Origin: Rhodospirillaceae bacterium
Lineage (GTDB): Bacteria > Pseudomonadota > Alphaproteobacteria > Thalassobaculales > Thalassobaculaceae
Direction of reading: 5' to 3'
DNA length: 62,193 nt
Assembly (NCBI GenBank): GCA_018699735.1
Contig: JABIRP010000348.1
Location: forward strand, 1-62,193
The position numbers and the translations under genes were made by a program. Of the stretch, positions 1 to 9,329 are shown in pieces. The first letter of the stretch is position 1, and every line of letters starts with the position of its first letter. The notes beneath the pieces were generated by a model that worked only from the letters and a program-made list of their open reading frames with translations, ran no database searches and was not told where the DNA came from.

Positions 1-108
1 GTCCTGCAGGCCGGCTATATGATCGAAGATCGGCTGTTGCGGGCCGCCATGGTTGGTGTCTCCAAGGGCGGCGGCGGATCTGGCGAGAGCGTCGACACGA
101 CGGCTTGA
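1..108 (+). CDS. grpE: GrpE (Hsp70 nucleotide-exchange factor), C-terminal fragment; 5' end lies outside the window
   Basis: Frame 1 is open from base 1 and reads VLQAGYMIEDRLLRAAMVGVSKGGGGSGESVDTTA, stop TGA 106-108. The GY-x-(I/L)-x-DR-x-LR-x-AMV-x-V string matches the conserved GrpE C-terminal domain as I remember it; dnaK-dnaJ follow 1.2 kb downstream. Confidence 0.6.
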   Translation, partial: VLQAGYMIEDRLLRAAMVGVSKGGGGSGESVDTTA

Positions 109-160
109 TCCGGTCAATTCGACGCCGATTATTCGATGCTCGCTTTCCCGGGCAATCAGA

Positions 161-1036
161 TTACGCCACCAAACTCTCGTCTTTCGGATCATGCGATTTG
201 TAACGAGATTTCGCGAGGTCTGGGGTGCGCACAGCATAGCAATAGACACAGCCGTGTGGGCAGGTGTCGTAGGCGCCAATGTCGCGGCTTTCGGCACAAA
301 GGCAGCCCTCACGGTTTCCTTTGGTCTTGGCCGAGATCGGTTGACCGGCGATATCGCTGAGACGCTCGACATCAATGCAGCGGGCCGGGGTCAGTGGCGA
401 GACGAGAAGGCCGGATTGGGCGCAGAGGGTTGGCCGTAGCTTGTGACCTCGAGCGATATCAGCTAATCGGGTCAGCAGCGCGGTTTTCTGCTCATCGTTT
501 GGATCACGCCATTCAAAGCCGTGCTTTTGCGCCGCGCGATCAAGGTTCGTTCGGCTTTTTCGGTAGATATGCGCGAAGGAGAACACCACCTCGTCGACCA
601 GGCCGGATAATTGGCTGGCGACGCGCTCGAACTGTTCTGGGTGCCATTCTTTGTTGGTCTGGTCCGTGATTAGGACCGGGTCGTAACGCCACACCACGGC
701 GCGCGGGCCATATAGGCCAGCTAATGCGTGGATCTGTTCGATCGCCCGGTTGGTGTCGACAACCGAGTTCTCCAGCACGCGCGGATAGCCGGTGATCGTA
801 AATTGCACGGTGAAGGGGGTGCCGGCAGCGGCAATCTCGTCCAGTGTTGCCATGAAGGGGCCAGCGTTTCGGGTCCAGAAGACGAACCCATCGACCGCCT
901 CGCGACGAAGGTCGACCCGGTGGAGTTGACCGCCATAGGGATTGCGTACCAGCGCGTAACCAGCCTTGAGACGGTGGCGGAACCAGTCCGTATAAAAGGC
1001 TGGAATGTCGGTTCGATAGCTTGCCGATACGATCAT
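161..1036 (-). CDS. DUF1848-family protein with a C-terminal CX3CX2C (radical-SAM-like) cysteine triad
   Basis: 291-aa ORF, ATG at 1036. N-terminus MIVSASYRTDIPAFYTDWF and C-terminus AYDTCPHGCVYCYAV resemble DUF1848 proteins; CPHGCVYC = C-x3-C-x2-C read directly from the translation. Confidence 0.7.
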   Translation of the reverse strand: MIVSASYRTDIPAFYTDWFRHRLKAGYALVRNPYGGQLHRVDLRREAVDGFVFWTRNAGPFMATLDEIAAAGTPFTVQFTITGYPRVLENSVVDTNRAIEQIHALAGLYGPRAVVWRYDPVLITDQTNKEWHPEQFERVASQLSGLVDEVVFSFAHIYRKSRTNLDRAAQKHGFEWRDPNDEQKTALLTRLADIARGHKLRPTLCAQSGLLVSPLTPARCIDVERLSDIAGQPISAKTKGNREGCLCAESRDIGAYDTCPHGCVYCYAVRTPDLAKSRYKSHDPKDESLVA

Positions 1037-1054
1037 GATTCGTATGATGCTGTC

Positions 1055-1122
1055 GCTTGGCCAGGTTTGTCGAGGCCGCTTGGCCAGGGTTGTTGAGGCC
1101 GCTTGGCCAAGGTTGTCGAGGC
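1055..1122. repeat. 23-bp tandem repeat, about 3 copies (gcttggccaggtttgtcgaggcc / gcttggccagggttgttgaggcc / gcttggccaaggttgtcgaggc)
   Basis: Read directly: units at 1055-1077, 1078-1100, 1101-1122, with 2-3 substitutions between copies. Lies in the divergent DUF1848/dnaK intergenic region. Confidence 0.9.
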
Positions 1123-1152
1123 GAGGTTTGGTAGAAACCGCACCCCTGAGCG

Positions 1153-1181
1153 CTTGCAGGGTCGACCGACGGCTCCTATAT
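1153..1181 (+). promoter_or_regulatory. Candidate RpoH (sigma-32) heat-shock promoter of dnaK
   Basis: CTTG (1153-1156), 18 nt, CCTATAT (1175-1181). This fits the alphaproteobacterial RpoH-type pattern CTTG-N17/18-CYTATNT as I recall it. About 115 nt upstream of the dnaK ATG. Confidence 0.5.
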
Positions 1182-1295
1182 AGCGTTTGAACTGATATCC
1201 TATCCTATTGGGCCATCCTAATGGGCCACCCTAAGGGGGATGACCCCGGTGCTTCGGCGAAGGTCGGGGTCGTCTGCTGCGAAAAAGAGGGACAG

Positions 1296-3245
1296 ATGAG
1301 CAAAGTAATCGGTATCGATCTTGGTACGACCAACTCTTGTATTGCATTCATGGATGGCGGAGACGCGAAAGTCATCGAGAATGCCGAGGGTGGCCGTACA
1401 ACACCATCCATGATCGCGTTCACCGAAAGTGGCGAACGACTGGCGGGCCAGGGAGCCAAGCGCCAAGCGGTCACCAATCCAGAAAGCACGCTCTACGCGA
1501 TCAAGCGCCTCATCGGACGACGTCATGGTGATGACGCGGCGAAGAAGTTCGGCGATATGGTGCCCTTTAATGTTGTGCCCGGTGACAACGGTGATGCCTG
1601 GGTTGAGGCACGCGACGAGAAGTACAGCCCGAGCCAGGTTTCGAGCTTCATCCTTCGCAAGTTGAAGGAGGACGCCGAGGCGTTTCTCGGAGATACCGTC
1701 TCTCAGGCGGTGATCACCGTTCCGGCCTATTTCAACGATGCCCAGCGCCAGGCAACCAAAGATGCCGGCAAGATCGCCGGGCTCGATGTGCTTCGCATCA
1801 TCAACGAGCCGACGGCGGCGGCGCTCGCTTACGGGTTGGAGAAGAAAGAGTCCGGTATCATCGCGGTTTACGATCTCGGTGGCGGAACTTTCGACATCTC
1901 GGTTCTCGAAATCGGCGACGGTGTATTCGAGGTCAAATCGACCAACGGTGACACCTTGCTTGGTGGTGAGGACTTCGATCAGCGGGTAATCGACTACCTA
2001 GCCGATGAGTTCAAGAAAGAGAACGCAATCGACCTGCGCAACGACAAGCTTGCCTTGCAACGCCTGAAAGAGGCGGCCGAGAAGGCTAAGATCGAGCTAT
2101 CGAGCTCGATGCAGACAGAAGTAAACCTGCCGTTCATCACGGCCGATCAAGCGGGCCCCAAGCATCTCAACATCAAGCTGACGCGGGCGAAACTCGAGGC
2201 CTTGGTCGACGACTTGGTGCAACGCACGATCGACCCCTGCAAGGCGGCGCTCAAGGATGCGGGCGTAACCGCAGGCGAGATCGACGAGGTTATCCTGGTC
2301 GGCGGTATGATCCGCATGCCGAAGATCATGGAGACCGTGAAGACCTTCTTCGGGCGTGAGCCGCATCGCGGTGTCAACCCGGACGAGGTGGTGGCAACCG
2401 GTGCCGCGATCCAGGCTGGCGTGCTAAAGGGCGACGTCAAAGACGTGCTGCTGCTCGACGTGACGCCCTTGTCGCTCGGCATCGAGACTCTGGGCGGTGT
2501 GTTTACGCGCCTGATCGACCGCAATACCACGATCCCGACCAAGAAGAGCCAAACCTTCTCCACTGCCGAAGACAGCCAGACGGCGGTGACAATCCGGGTC
2601 TTCCAGGGTGAACGCGAGATGGCGGCCGACAACAAGGTCCTTGGTCAATTTGATCTGGTCGGTATTCCGACCGCGCCGCGGGGCGTGCCGCAGATCGAGG
2701 TCACCTTCGATATTGACGCCAACGGCATCGTGCATGTCTCGGCCAAGGACAAGGCGACCGGCAAGGAACAGCAAATCCGGATCCAGGCCTCTGGCGGTTT
2801 GTCTGACGGGGACATCGAACAGATGATCCAGGATGCAGAGTCTCACTCTGACGAGGACAAGAAGCGCCGCGAGTTGGTCGAGACCCGCAATCAGGCGGAT
2901 GCCGCCGTCCATAGCACCGAAAAGATGCTAGCCGAGCATGGCGAGAAGATCGCCGAGAGTGATCGCAAGGAAATCGACGACGCCATTACCGACGTTAGGT
3001 CGGCGATGGAGGGCGAAGACGGGGAGGCCATCAAGGAGAAGATGGAGAAGCTCCAACAGGTCTCCATGCGGCTCGGCGAAGCCATGTATCAGGCCCAGCA
3101 AGCTGAGGCGGGTGCTGAGGGCGAGGCTCCAGATGGCGGTGACCCGACACAAGACACCGCTGGTGAGGATACCGCGGATGATGTGGTCGACGCCGACTTC
3201 GAGGAAGTCGACGACCAGGATGAGAACCGCGATAAATCGGCCTAA
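1296..3245 (+). CDS. dnaK: Molecular chaperone DnaK (Hsp70)
   Basis: The ORF 1221..3245 is over-extended. The conserved Hsp70 N-terminus [15 protein letters not shown] starts at ATG 1296, preceded by aaagaggga. [19 protein letters not shown] and an acidic C-terminal tail are present. Confidence 0.97.
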   Translation: MSKVIGIDLGTTNSCIAFMDGGDAKVIENAEGGRTTPSMIAFTESGERLAGQGAKRQAVTNPESTLYAIKRLIGRRHGDDAAKKFGDMVPFNVVPGDNGDAWVEARDEKYSPSQVSSFILRKLKEDAEAFLGDTVSQAVITVPAYFNDAQRQATKDAGKIAGLDVLRIINEPTAAALAYGLEKKESGIIAVYDLGGGTFDISVLEIGDGVFEVKSTNGDTLLGGEDFDQRVIDYLADEFKKENAIDLRNDKLALQRLKEAAEKAKIELSSSMQTEVNLPFITADQAGPKHLNIKLTRAKLEALVDDLVQRTIDPCKAALKDAGVTAGEIDEVILVGGMIRMPKIMETVKTFFGREPHRGVNPDEVVATGAAIQAGVLKGDVKDVLLLDVTPLSLGIETLGGVFTRLIDRNTTIPTKKSQTFSTAEDSQTAVTIRVFQGEREMAADNKVLGQFDLVGIPTAPRGVPQIEVTFDIDANGIVHVSAKDKATGKEQQIRIQASGGLSDGDIEQMIQDAESHSDEDKKRRELVETRNQADAAVHSTEKMLAEHGEKIAESDRKEIDDAITDVRSAMEGEDGEAIKEKMEKLQQVSMRLGEAMYQAQQAEAGAEGEAPDGGDPTQDTAGEDTADDVVDADFEEVDDQDENRDKSA

Positions 3246-3270
3246 ATTCGACCGAGTGAAGACAATGATG

Positions 3271-3320
3271 ACCGCCCAACCCGACACACGTGGTGTCCTG
3301 GTTGGGCGGTTGTTCTTTTT
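3271..3320 (+). terminator. Stem-loop plus T-tract between dnaK and dnaJ (terminator/attenuator)
   Basis: accgcccaacc (3271-3281) pairs with ggttgggcggt (3300-3310), giving an 11-bp GC-rich stem with an inner gacac/gtgtc pairing, followed by tgttcttttt. Confidence 0.6.
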
Positions 3321-3380
3321 CGGGATGTCTTTGTTTTGCGGAACCAGGGCGGAATTCAGGTAGTGGGGCGGTAATCGGCG

Positions 3381-4508
3381 ATGGCCAAGCGAGACTATTA
3401 CGAGGTTCTGGGTGTTGAGCGTCAGGCGACGGACGGCGAGATGAAGTCGGCCTACCGCAAGCTCGCCATGCAATTTCACCCCGACCGTAATCATGACGAT
3501 CCTGAAGCTGAGAAAAAATTCAAAGAACTCAATGAGGCCTATGACGTCCTGAAGGACGAGCAGCGCCGGGCTGCCTATGATCGGTTCGGACATGCTGCCT
3601 TTGAGAATGGTGGGCCTGGTGCCGGTGGCGGCGGGTTTGAAGGGTTCGGTGGTATGGGTGGGTTCGCCGATATCTTCGAAGACCTGTTTGGCGGCTCTGG
3701 TGGACGCCGCAGCGGCGGTGGTGCCGACTTGCGCTACAATCTCTCGATAACGCTTGAAGAGGCGTTCCAGGGCAAGCAGGCCGAGCTTCGTATCCCGACC
3801 TCGATTTCCTGCGAGGCCTGCGACGGTAGCGGCGCCGAGAAGGGGTCTCAACCGACCACATGCGCGTCCTGTCAGGGCCACGGAAAAGTCCGGGCGCAAC
3901 AAGGCTTCTTCACCATTGAGCGGACCTGCCCGAGTTGTGGTGGCGCCGGTCAGACGATCGAGAACCCGTGCCGTGAATGCCGGGGTGCCGGACGTCAGCA
4001 GAAAGAAAAGACCCTATCGGTCAACATCCCGGCAGGTGTCGAGGATGGCACCCGCATTCGATTGGCCAATGAGGGCGAAGCCGGCATGCGCGGCGCGCCG
4101 TCCGGTGATCTATACTTATTCTTGTCGATGGAACCGCACCCGATCTTCCAACGCGACGGTGCGGACGTCTATTGTCGTCTGCCATTGCCGATGACCACTG
4201 CCACGCTTGGCGGGCAGATCGAAGTTCCGACGGTCGAGGGCGGCCGAGCGCGTATTACCATCCAACCAGGCACCCAAACGGGCAAGCAATTTCGTCTCCG
4301 TGGCAAGGGCATGTCGATCCTTCGCAGCCCCTCGAGAGGCGATCTTTACGTTGAAGCGATGGTCGAGACACCGGTCAGCCTTACCAAGCGCCAAAAGGAA
4401 CTACTGACCGAATTCACCGAATATGAGAGCGAGGAAACCAGCCCGCAATCGACCGGATTCTTCGAACGCGTGAAGGATCTTTGGGGCGAATTCCGTGAAG
4501 AACGGTAG
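3381..4508 (+). CDS. dnaJ: Co-chaperone DnaJ (Hsp40)
   Basis: J-domain with HPD (QFHPDRN), a G/F-rich linker, and four CxxCxGxG repeats ([32 protein letters not shown]). Confidence 0.97.
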   Translation: MAKRDYYEVLGVERQATDGEMKSAYRKLAMQFHPDRNHDDPEAEKKFKELNEAYDVLKDEQRRAAYDRFGHAAFENGGPGAGGGGFEGFGGMGGFADIFEDLFGGSGGRRSGGGADLRYNLSITLEEAFQGKQAELRIPTSISCEACDGSGAEKGSQPTTCASCQGHGKVRAQQGFFTIERTCPSCGGAGQTIENPCRECRGAGRQQKEKTLSVNIPAGVEDGTRIRLANEGEAGMRGAPSGDLYLFLSMEPHPIFQRDGADVYCRLPLPMTTATLGGQIEVPTVEGGRARITIQPGTQTGKQFRLRGKGMSILRSPSRGDLYVEAMVETPVSLTKRQKELLTEFTEYESEETSPQSTGFFERVKDLWGEFREER

Positions 4509-4593
4509 TGTTGCAGAAATATCACTTCAATTTTAGAACTACCCTGTATCGAACTTGAAGTGTGAGCACTACTGAATATTTAACCAATTGATA

Positions 4594-5118
4594 TTATTGC
4601 TTATATCGATCAATTGCTGTGGCAATCACGCGACCCTCATGTTGTAGAAATTCGATGGCTGCTCGCCTTATTGCCAGTGCATAACGCAGGGTGAAGCGTT
4701 GACCTTCGTTCATTTCGGAGATCGGCAATCGGTTAAGATCGCCTTGCTCGCCACGTAGTGCTGCGAGCCGCGAGTCGATCAGCCGCTGGACGTCATTGCT
4801 GTCCAGATGTTCGGCAAAAAACATCTTGGCGAGGAAATCTGATCGCGATCGCTCGGTCTCGCGGCCATCGCGTAGTGCGGCGAGCAGCGCCTCGGCTCCA
4901 GAGGACGTGAGACGATAGGTTCGTCGCTCCAAAGGGCCGTCGCCGCCGGCGACGCAGACAATGTGATCCCGGGCCAGTAGTGCCCCGAGTGCGGGATAGA
5001 GTGCACCAGTACTGATCCGTGCGAAATGCCCGAACCAGTCCGAAATTCGCTTGCGGGTTTCATATCCGCTGGCATCTCCATAGCTGAGTGCCGCGAGGCA
5101 TAATGTACGAGCATCCAT
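4594..5118 (-). CDS. PadR-family transcriptional regulator
   Basis: 174 aa. The N-terminal winged-helix string GDASGYETRKRISDWFGHFARISTGALYPALGALLARDHI...RRTYRLTSSG is typical of PadR. The gene and both flanks are visibly AT-richer than their surroundings. Confidence 0.8.
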   Translation of the reverse strand: MDARTLCLAALSYGDASGYETRKRISDWFGHFARISTGALYPALGALLARDHIVCVAGGDGPLERRTYRLTSSGAEALLAALRDGRETERSRSDFLAKMFFAEHLDSNDVQRLIDSRLAALRGEQGDLNRLPISEMNEGQRFTLRYALAIRRAAIEFLQHEGRVIATAIDRYKQ

Positions 5119-5319
5119 AAATCATTCGCTAATTATTTTTGATAGGTTAAACTGAATAATATCATAAATTAAAATAGTTATGGGATTAAATTGTTTGACT
5201 TGCCGGCAGAGTTATAAATATGCGACGGTCGCCCAGATGTGCTGCGGCTTAGGTAGCGAGACGGGTTCCGGCGGAAAATTTAGAGAAATTAGAGCGAAAA
5301 ACGAGGGAAGGGGTGCGAC

Positions 5320-6129
5320 ATGACGGGCTTGGCGATAGGAGTCATGGGCGTTGGCGGTCGAATGGGTGGAATGGTCGTCCGCCAAGTGGGCGCGACAGAG
5401 GGATGTGCGATCGTCGCCGGCGGCGAACATCCAGATAGTTCCGCTCTCGAAACGGATATTGGTACCCTCGCCGGGCTGCCGCCGCTGGGTGTTGTCGCGA
5501 CTGCCGACCGAAAAGCTGTTTTCGCAGCCTCCGATGTCGTAGTCGATTTCACCTTGCCTGAGTCCACGGTCGCAAACGCAGCCGAAGCAAACGCCTCCGG
5601 CACGGCTATGGTGATCGGAACCACCGGGCTCTCAAACGAACAGGAAGAACAACTACGCGCAGCGGCGAAGACGGCTCCGATCGTTTATGCCCCCAATATG
5701 AGCTTGGGCGTAAACCTGCTTTTCGCTCTGGTGAAACGGGTGGCGGCCACTTTGGACGAAGATTTCGATATCGAGGTTGTGGAAATGCATCATAACCGAA
5801 AAGTCGACGCACCCTCCGGCACCGCTCTTGGTCTTGGTCGGGCCGCCGCAGCGGGTCGGTCGGTCCCATTCGACGATGTTGCTGTGTTATCCCGCGAAGG
5901 CCATACCGGCGCTCGTACCCGGGGCGAAATCGGATTTGCCACCCTGCGCGGCGGTGACGTCGTCGGTGACCATACCGTGGTATTTGCCGGCCCGGGGGAA
6001 CGTATCGAACTGACGCATAAAGCGGCTGGAAGAGAGCTGTTCGCCTCTGGTGCGGTCCGTGCCGCCCTCTGGACCCCGGGTCGCGCGCCCGGGCTCTACA
6101 GCATGGCCGATGTGCTGGGTCTGGATTAG
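5320..6129 (+). CDS. dapB: 4-hydroxy-tetrahydrodipicolinate reductase
   Basis: GVMGVGGRMG dinucleotide-binding N-terminus and EMHHNRKVDAPSGTAL signature. ATG 5320 is preceded by gagggaagggg. Confidence 0.93.
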   Translation: MTGLAIGVMGVGGRMGGMVVRQVGATEGCAIVAGGEHPDSSALETDIGTLAGLPPLGVVATADRKAVFAASDVVVDFTLPESTVANAAEANASGTAMVIGTTGLSNEQEEQLRAAAKTAPIVYAPNMSLGVNLLFALVKRVAATLDEDFDIEVVEMHHNRKVDAPSGTALGLGRAAAAGRSVPFDDVAVLSREGHTGARTRGEIGFATLRGGDVVGDHTVVFAGPGERIELTHKAAGRELFASGAVRAALWTPGRAPGLYSMADVLGLD

Positions 6130-6695
6130 AGCAGGTTTGGGGCCGAGCGCGCTCTGACTAGGGCCTCCCGCAAGACATCCGCGAGGTCCTGTTTTTCTTC
6201 CGGACCCAAGAATTTACCAAGCTCGACCGAGCGGCCGTGCGAGCGCAGTTTCAGCCGAGTGTCTCTTGAGGATGGATCCTCGATCACTACCGAGACCCAG
6301 TACGGTTGCAGCACTGCCCGGCGAACCTTGCCATGTCGGTCGACCTTGACCACTTCCATGGAAGCGCCGCTGATACGAACCGTTTCGTAAACCCGAGCGT
6401 CGCGATAGTTCAGGCGGAAAGCGACGTAAATCAGAACTACATCAAGGCCGAGGAACCCCATGACTGGCCAGGCTCCGACGGCCATGAAGACCCCTCCGAC
6501 GATCATGCTGACCCCGACAATAGCGATCATTAGGATCGCAAACCCTTTGGGGCCAAGACTGCGATGGGGGTAGACCACGATATCCAGCACGGGAGTTTCT
6601 GGGTCCACCTGATCCATGACCGGTTGGTTTTCAATCCTGTCCATGCAGCCAAGAATAATGACGGACCCTGCGGCGGTAAAGTCTCGCCCGTTCAC
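6126..6695 (-). CDS. DUF2244-like integral membrane protein
   Basis: 189-aa ORF with GTG at 6695; in-frame ATGs at 6644 and 6617 are alternative starts. Two adjacent TM helices (FAILMIAIVGVSMIVGGVFMAVGAWPVMGFLGLDVVLIYVAF) are followed by a soluble tail. Its stop overlaps the dapB stop region. Confidence 0.55.
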   Translation of the reverse strand: MNGRDFTAAGSVIILGCMDRIENQPVMDQVDPETPVLDIVVYPHRSLGPKGFAILMIAIVGVSMIVGGVFMAVGAWPVMGFLGLDVVLIYVAFRLNYRDARVYETVRISGASMEVVKVDRHGKVRRAVLQPYWVSVVIEDPSSRDTRLKLRSHGRSVELGKFLGPEEKQDLADVLREALVRARSAPNLL

Positions 6696-6718
6696 TGAAT
6701 GCGCGGTAAGAGAGATCT

Positions 6719-7363
6719 ATGAGCAAACGCATGACCCTTGCCGACACCGACCTCTTCTTCGCTCGATTGTCCGAGCGCGACCCGGAACCGATCGGTGAAC
6801 TCGATTACATCAACTCCTACACGTTGTTGGTTGCCGTTGTGCTATCGGCTCAGGCGACGGACGTCGGTGTTAATAAGGCGACCGGCCCGCTCTTCGCTGT
6901 GGTCGATACGCCCGAGAAAATGGTGGCACTCGGCGAGGAAGGATTGAAGAGCTATATCCGCACCATTGGCCTCTTCAATTCGAAGGCCAAGAACGTCATC
7001 GAATTGTCACGGCGCCTGATTGCTGAGCATGACAGCGAGGTGCCCCGGGACCGCGAAACCTTGGAAACCTTGCCTGGTGTTGGCCGCAAGACCGCGAACG
7101 TGGTTCTCAACATAGCCTTTGGGGTGCCGACAATCGCGGTCGACACCCATCTCTTCCGGGTTTCAAATCGAACCGGGATGGCGCCGGGGAAAACCCCTCT
7201 TGCCGTTGAATTGGGGTTGGAGAAACGAATACCCGCCCATTGGAAACGCCACGCTCACCATTGGCTCATTCTGCATGGCAGATATATCTGCAAGGCCCGC
7301 AAACCAGACTGCCCGAACTGTCCGGTGGTCGATCTCTGTCGCTACAAGGCAAAAGAGACGTAA
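6719..7363 (+). CDS. nth: Endonuclease III (DNA glycosylase/AP lyase)
   Basis: HhH-GPD motif LPGVGRKTANVVLN and a C-terminal 4Fe-4S ligand pattern C-x6-C-x2-C-x5-C (CKARKPDCPNCPVVDLC). Confidence 0.93.
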   Translation: MSKRMTLADTDLFFARLSERDPEPIGELDYINSYTLLVAVVLSAQATDVGVNKATGPLFAVVDTPEKMVALGEEGLKSYIRTIGLFNSKAKNVIELSRRLIAEHDSEVPRDRETLETLPGVGRKTANVVLNIAFGVPTIAVDTHLFRVSNRTGMAPGKTPLAVELGLEKRIPAHWKRHAHHWLILHGRYICKARKPDCPNCPVVDLCRYKAKET

Positions 7364-7873
7364 TTACCCTTGCTTTGCCGCCCTGGTGCGCACGAGAAGC
7401 CGTTCAAAACAACCCTGTCCCGAGATTTTTGCATCAGAAGCAGACCGGAACTCGTAATGCGTAACTTTGTATTCGGTCGGTTTCGGGTAGAGGAAAAGGT
7501 CGAGGATGCAGCCCTCGTCGCGGTATTGCCAAACCCGAACGGAGCGATCTCGTCGCTTAAATGTCGGGTCCCCAAGAATACCAGCCAGCCCTGATACATC
7601 AAGATTGAGAAGCCGGTCCGGGTCGCGCTCGGCAGCGCTGAACTGCGGTCTGCTAGTGCTTTGCTTCGCCTCAGGTGTCGGGTCTTGTTTTGGCAGTGCA
7701 GCGGCGTTTTTTGCCGCAGGTTCCGATGTAGCAGGTTCCGGTGCAGCGGCGGTGGCTCGGGCAGCCTCCGTGGGTTTTGGTGGGTGAGGCACGCCAATTG
7801 GCCCGGAGCAGGCGGCTGCGAATATCAATACGCTGAGAGATGCCGCGCGCCAGGTGCGGTTACCGAGGGGCAT
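7364..7873 (-). CDS. Hypothetical lipoprotein with a Pro/Ala-rich linker
   Basis: ATG 7873 gives MPLGNRTWRAASLSVLIFAAAC-SGP (signal peptide plus lipobox-like AAAC). The track ORF start at 7903 is TTG. No family recognised. Its stop codon abuts the nth stop (TAATTA). Confidence 0.5.
   Translation of the reverse strand: MPLGNRTWRAASLSVLIFAAACSGPIGVPHPPKPTEAARATAAAPEPATSEPAAKNAAALPKQDPTPEAKQSTSRPQFSAAERDPDRLLNLDVSGLAGILGDPTFKRRDRSVRVWQYRDEGCILDLFLYPKPTEYKVTHYEFRSASDAKISGQGCFERLLVRTRAAKQG
7716..7745. repeat. 15-bp imperfect tandem duplication inside the lipoprotein linker
   Basis: gcaggttccgatgta (7716-7730) followed by gcaggttccggtgca (7731-7745), 2 mismatches. Confidence 0.8.
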
Positions 7874-7928
7874 AATGTGAATCAAATCGTTGTGGAAAGC
7901 CAACGGTTAGAACGACCCTGTTCTGCCG

Positions 7929-8501
7929 TCATTCAGTCTCGCTGCTCAAGACGTTTATATCGCCACTGAGCACGCCACCAAGCTCAACTTCAAGCTTGCC
8001 AAAGGAGATCGTGCCAGTAACCCGTCCGGTGGACCTGATGAACAGGCGATTGCGAACCGAAAGATCACCCTCGAACACACCAGCGATCTCGGCGTCCTCT
8101 ATCTGAACCTTGCCCCGAAAGGTGCCGCTGTCGGTTACTTCCAACAGACGGCTGTTTTCCAGCGTCGCATCAACCGTCCCTTCGACCACCAGTGTGTCGC
8201 AGGCTGTAATCTCGCCGCTAAGCGAGATATCGCGGCCGACCGACAGACGTTTGCTTTCGACGTTACCGACGCGAGGAGCGCCGCGTCGAGCTGGTCCACC
8301 CGGAGCGCCCGGAAGATCAAGGGTGCGGCGCGGAATTTCAGGCACGAAACCTGAACCTGAGGTGCTTGAACTGCCACTGCCTGATTGAGTCACAGCTGAC
8401 TGGTCGCCCGAGCCCTTATCACCAGACGATGTTTCCGTGCCGGATCCGCTCGCCTCCGTCAATTTCGGTTCTTTGTCTTCGCTATCGTTTCGACGGAACA
8501 T
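7929..8501 (-). CDS. Bactofilin-family cytoskeletal protein
   Basis: The C-terminal beta-helical repeats LSVGRDISLSGEITACDTLVVEGTVDATL...FRGKVQIEDAEIAGVFEGDLSVRNRLFIRSTGRVTGTISFGKLEVELGG are typical of bactofilin (DUF583). ATG 8501 (MFRRNDSED) has ggagg 8 nt upstream; the longer ORF reaching 8588 overlaps the neighbouring gene. Confidence 0.8.
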   Translation of the reverse strand: MFRRNDSEDKEPKLTEASGSGTETSSGDKGSGDQSAVTQSGSGSSSTSGSGFVPEIPRRTLDLPGAPGGPARRGAPRVGNVESKRLSVGRDISLSGEITACDTLVVEGTVDATLENSRLLEVTDSGTFRGKVQIEDAEIAGVFEGDLSVRNRLFIRSTGRVTGTISFGKLEVELGGVLSGDINVLSSETE

Positions 8502-8547
8502 GGTATGGCCTCCGTGGCGCGCGCTCCCCAACACAGGGTTGGCGCCA

Positions 8548-9222
8548 TTATGCCGGATTGCCGCCCGGGAGCAAGCGGCGCACAACATGGACCATGAAAG
8601 CGGTCGCTAGGACCGGAACCGTGAGGTTGACGATTGGAATGGTTGCCAGAAACGCGATCACCACGCCGGCCGAGAGCGACCGAATCCGATTGCGTTTGCG
8701 AAGCGTACGCGCCTCTTTTGCGTCAAGCCGCCTTTGGGCAACGGCCTCGAAGAACTCACGGCCGAGCAGGTAGCCGTTCAGCCCGTAAAACAGCACCAGG
8801 TTGATCCCCGGCAGCAATAGATAGATCGGCAAGGCCAGCAAATTGAGGACCACAGCGATCAGCAACAGGCGCAAACTGCCGGCGATCGCTTCGGCGACAC
8901 CTGTGGAACGACCCGGTCCCATATCCGGATAGTGGCGCGCATCGACCGCGTCGGCGACCTGATCGAGAAACAATCCGCTGATAACGTTCGCGGCGGATGG
9001 AAAGAAGATCAGGGCGATGACCACGACGGCGATCGCACCAAGCCAGGCCACCAATTCGTTGACCCAGTCCCATCCGAAATTGCTCAATGCACCGACCAGC
9101 AGCCAGGCAAGGAAGCCGAACGCGGCGATGAGTATCAGAGAGGCAATGACACTCAGAATTATGGCGTTCCTCAGCTTCGGGTCGGACAGCTGCGCGATGG
9201 CCTTGGAGAGATCGGCGATCAT
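8548..9222 (-). CDS. EI24/CysZ-like membrane protein (often annotated as sulfate transporter family protein)
   Basis: 224 aa, multi-TM. The layout and the strings FFPSAANVISGLFLDQVADAVD and LNGYLLGREFFE resemble the EI24/CysZ family. Confidence 0.65.
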   Translation of the reverse strand: MIADLSKAIAQLSDPKLRNAIILSVIASLILIAAFGFLAWLLVGALSNFGWDWVNELVAWLGAIAVVVIALIFFPSAANVISGLFLDQVADAVDARHYPDMGPGRSTGVAEAIAGSLRLLLIAVVLNLLALPIYLLLPGINLVLFYGLNGYLLGREFFEAVAQRRLDAKEARTLRKRNRIRSLSAGVVIAFLATIPIVNLTVPVLATAFMVHVVRRLLPGGNPA

Positions 9223-9329
9223 GTTTTGTGTTCCCTTGTTGTCGGCGGTCCTGAATTCGGGGTTTCTCGCGCCTGTTACGTCGTATAGTTTCGCCCTCGA
9301 TCAAGTGCAAGCAGGAGACCTTGGCCATC

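Noticed and set aside
4523-4575. Irr/ICE-like TTTAGAA and CIRCE-like GAGCACT strings, and an 8-bp inverted repeat (cacttcaa/ttgaagtg), after dnaJ
   Set aside because: Each motif is only a half site. The inverted repeat has a 24-nt loop and no T-tract, so neither a regulator box nor a terminator is supported.
5139-5150. The 12-mer TTGATAGGTTAA is shared by the padR upstream region (5139-5150) and the RHH-gene upstream region (59931-59942)
   Set aside because: My rough estimate is that a single 12-nt match is only marginally unlikely between two short AT-rich spacers, and such matches are expected many times among all 12-mer pairs in a 62-kb window. The flanks do not match and there is no palindromic structure, so the evidence for a shared operator is insufficient.
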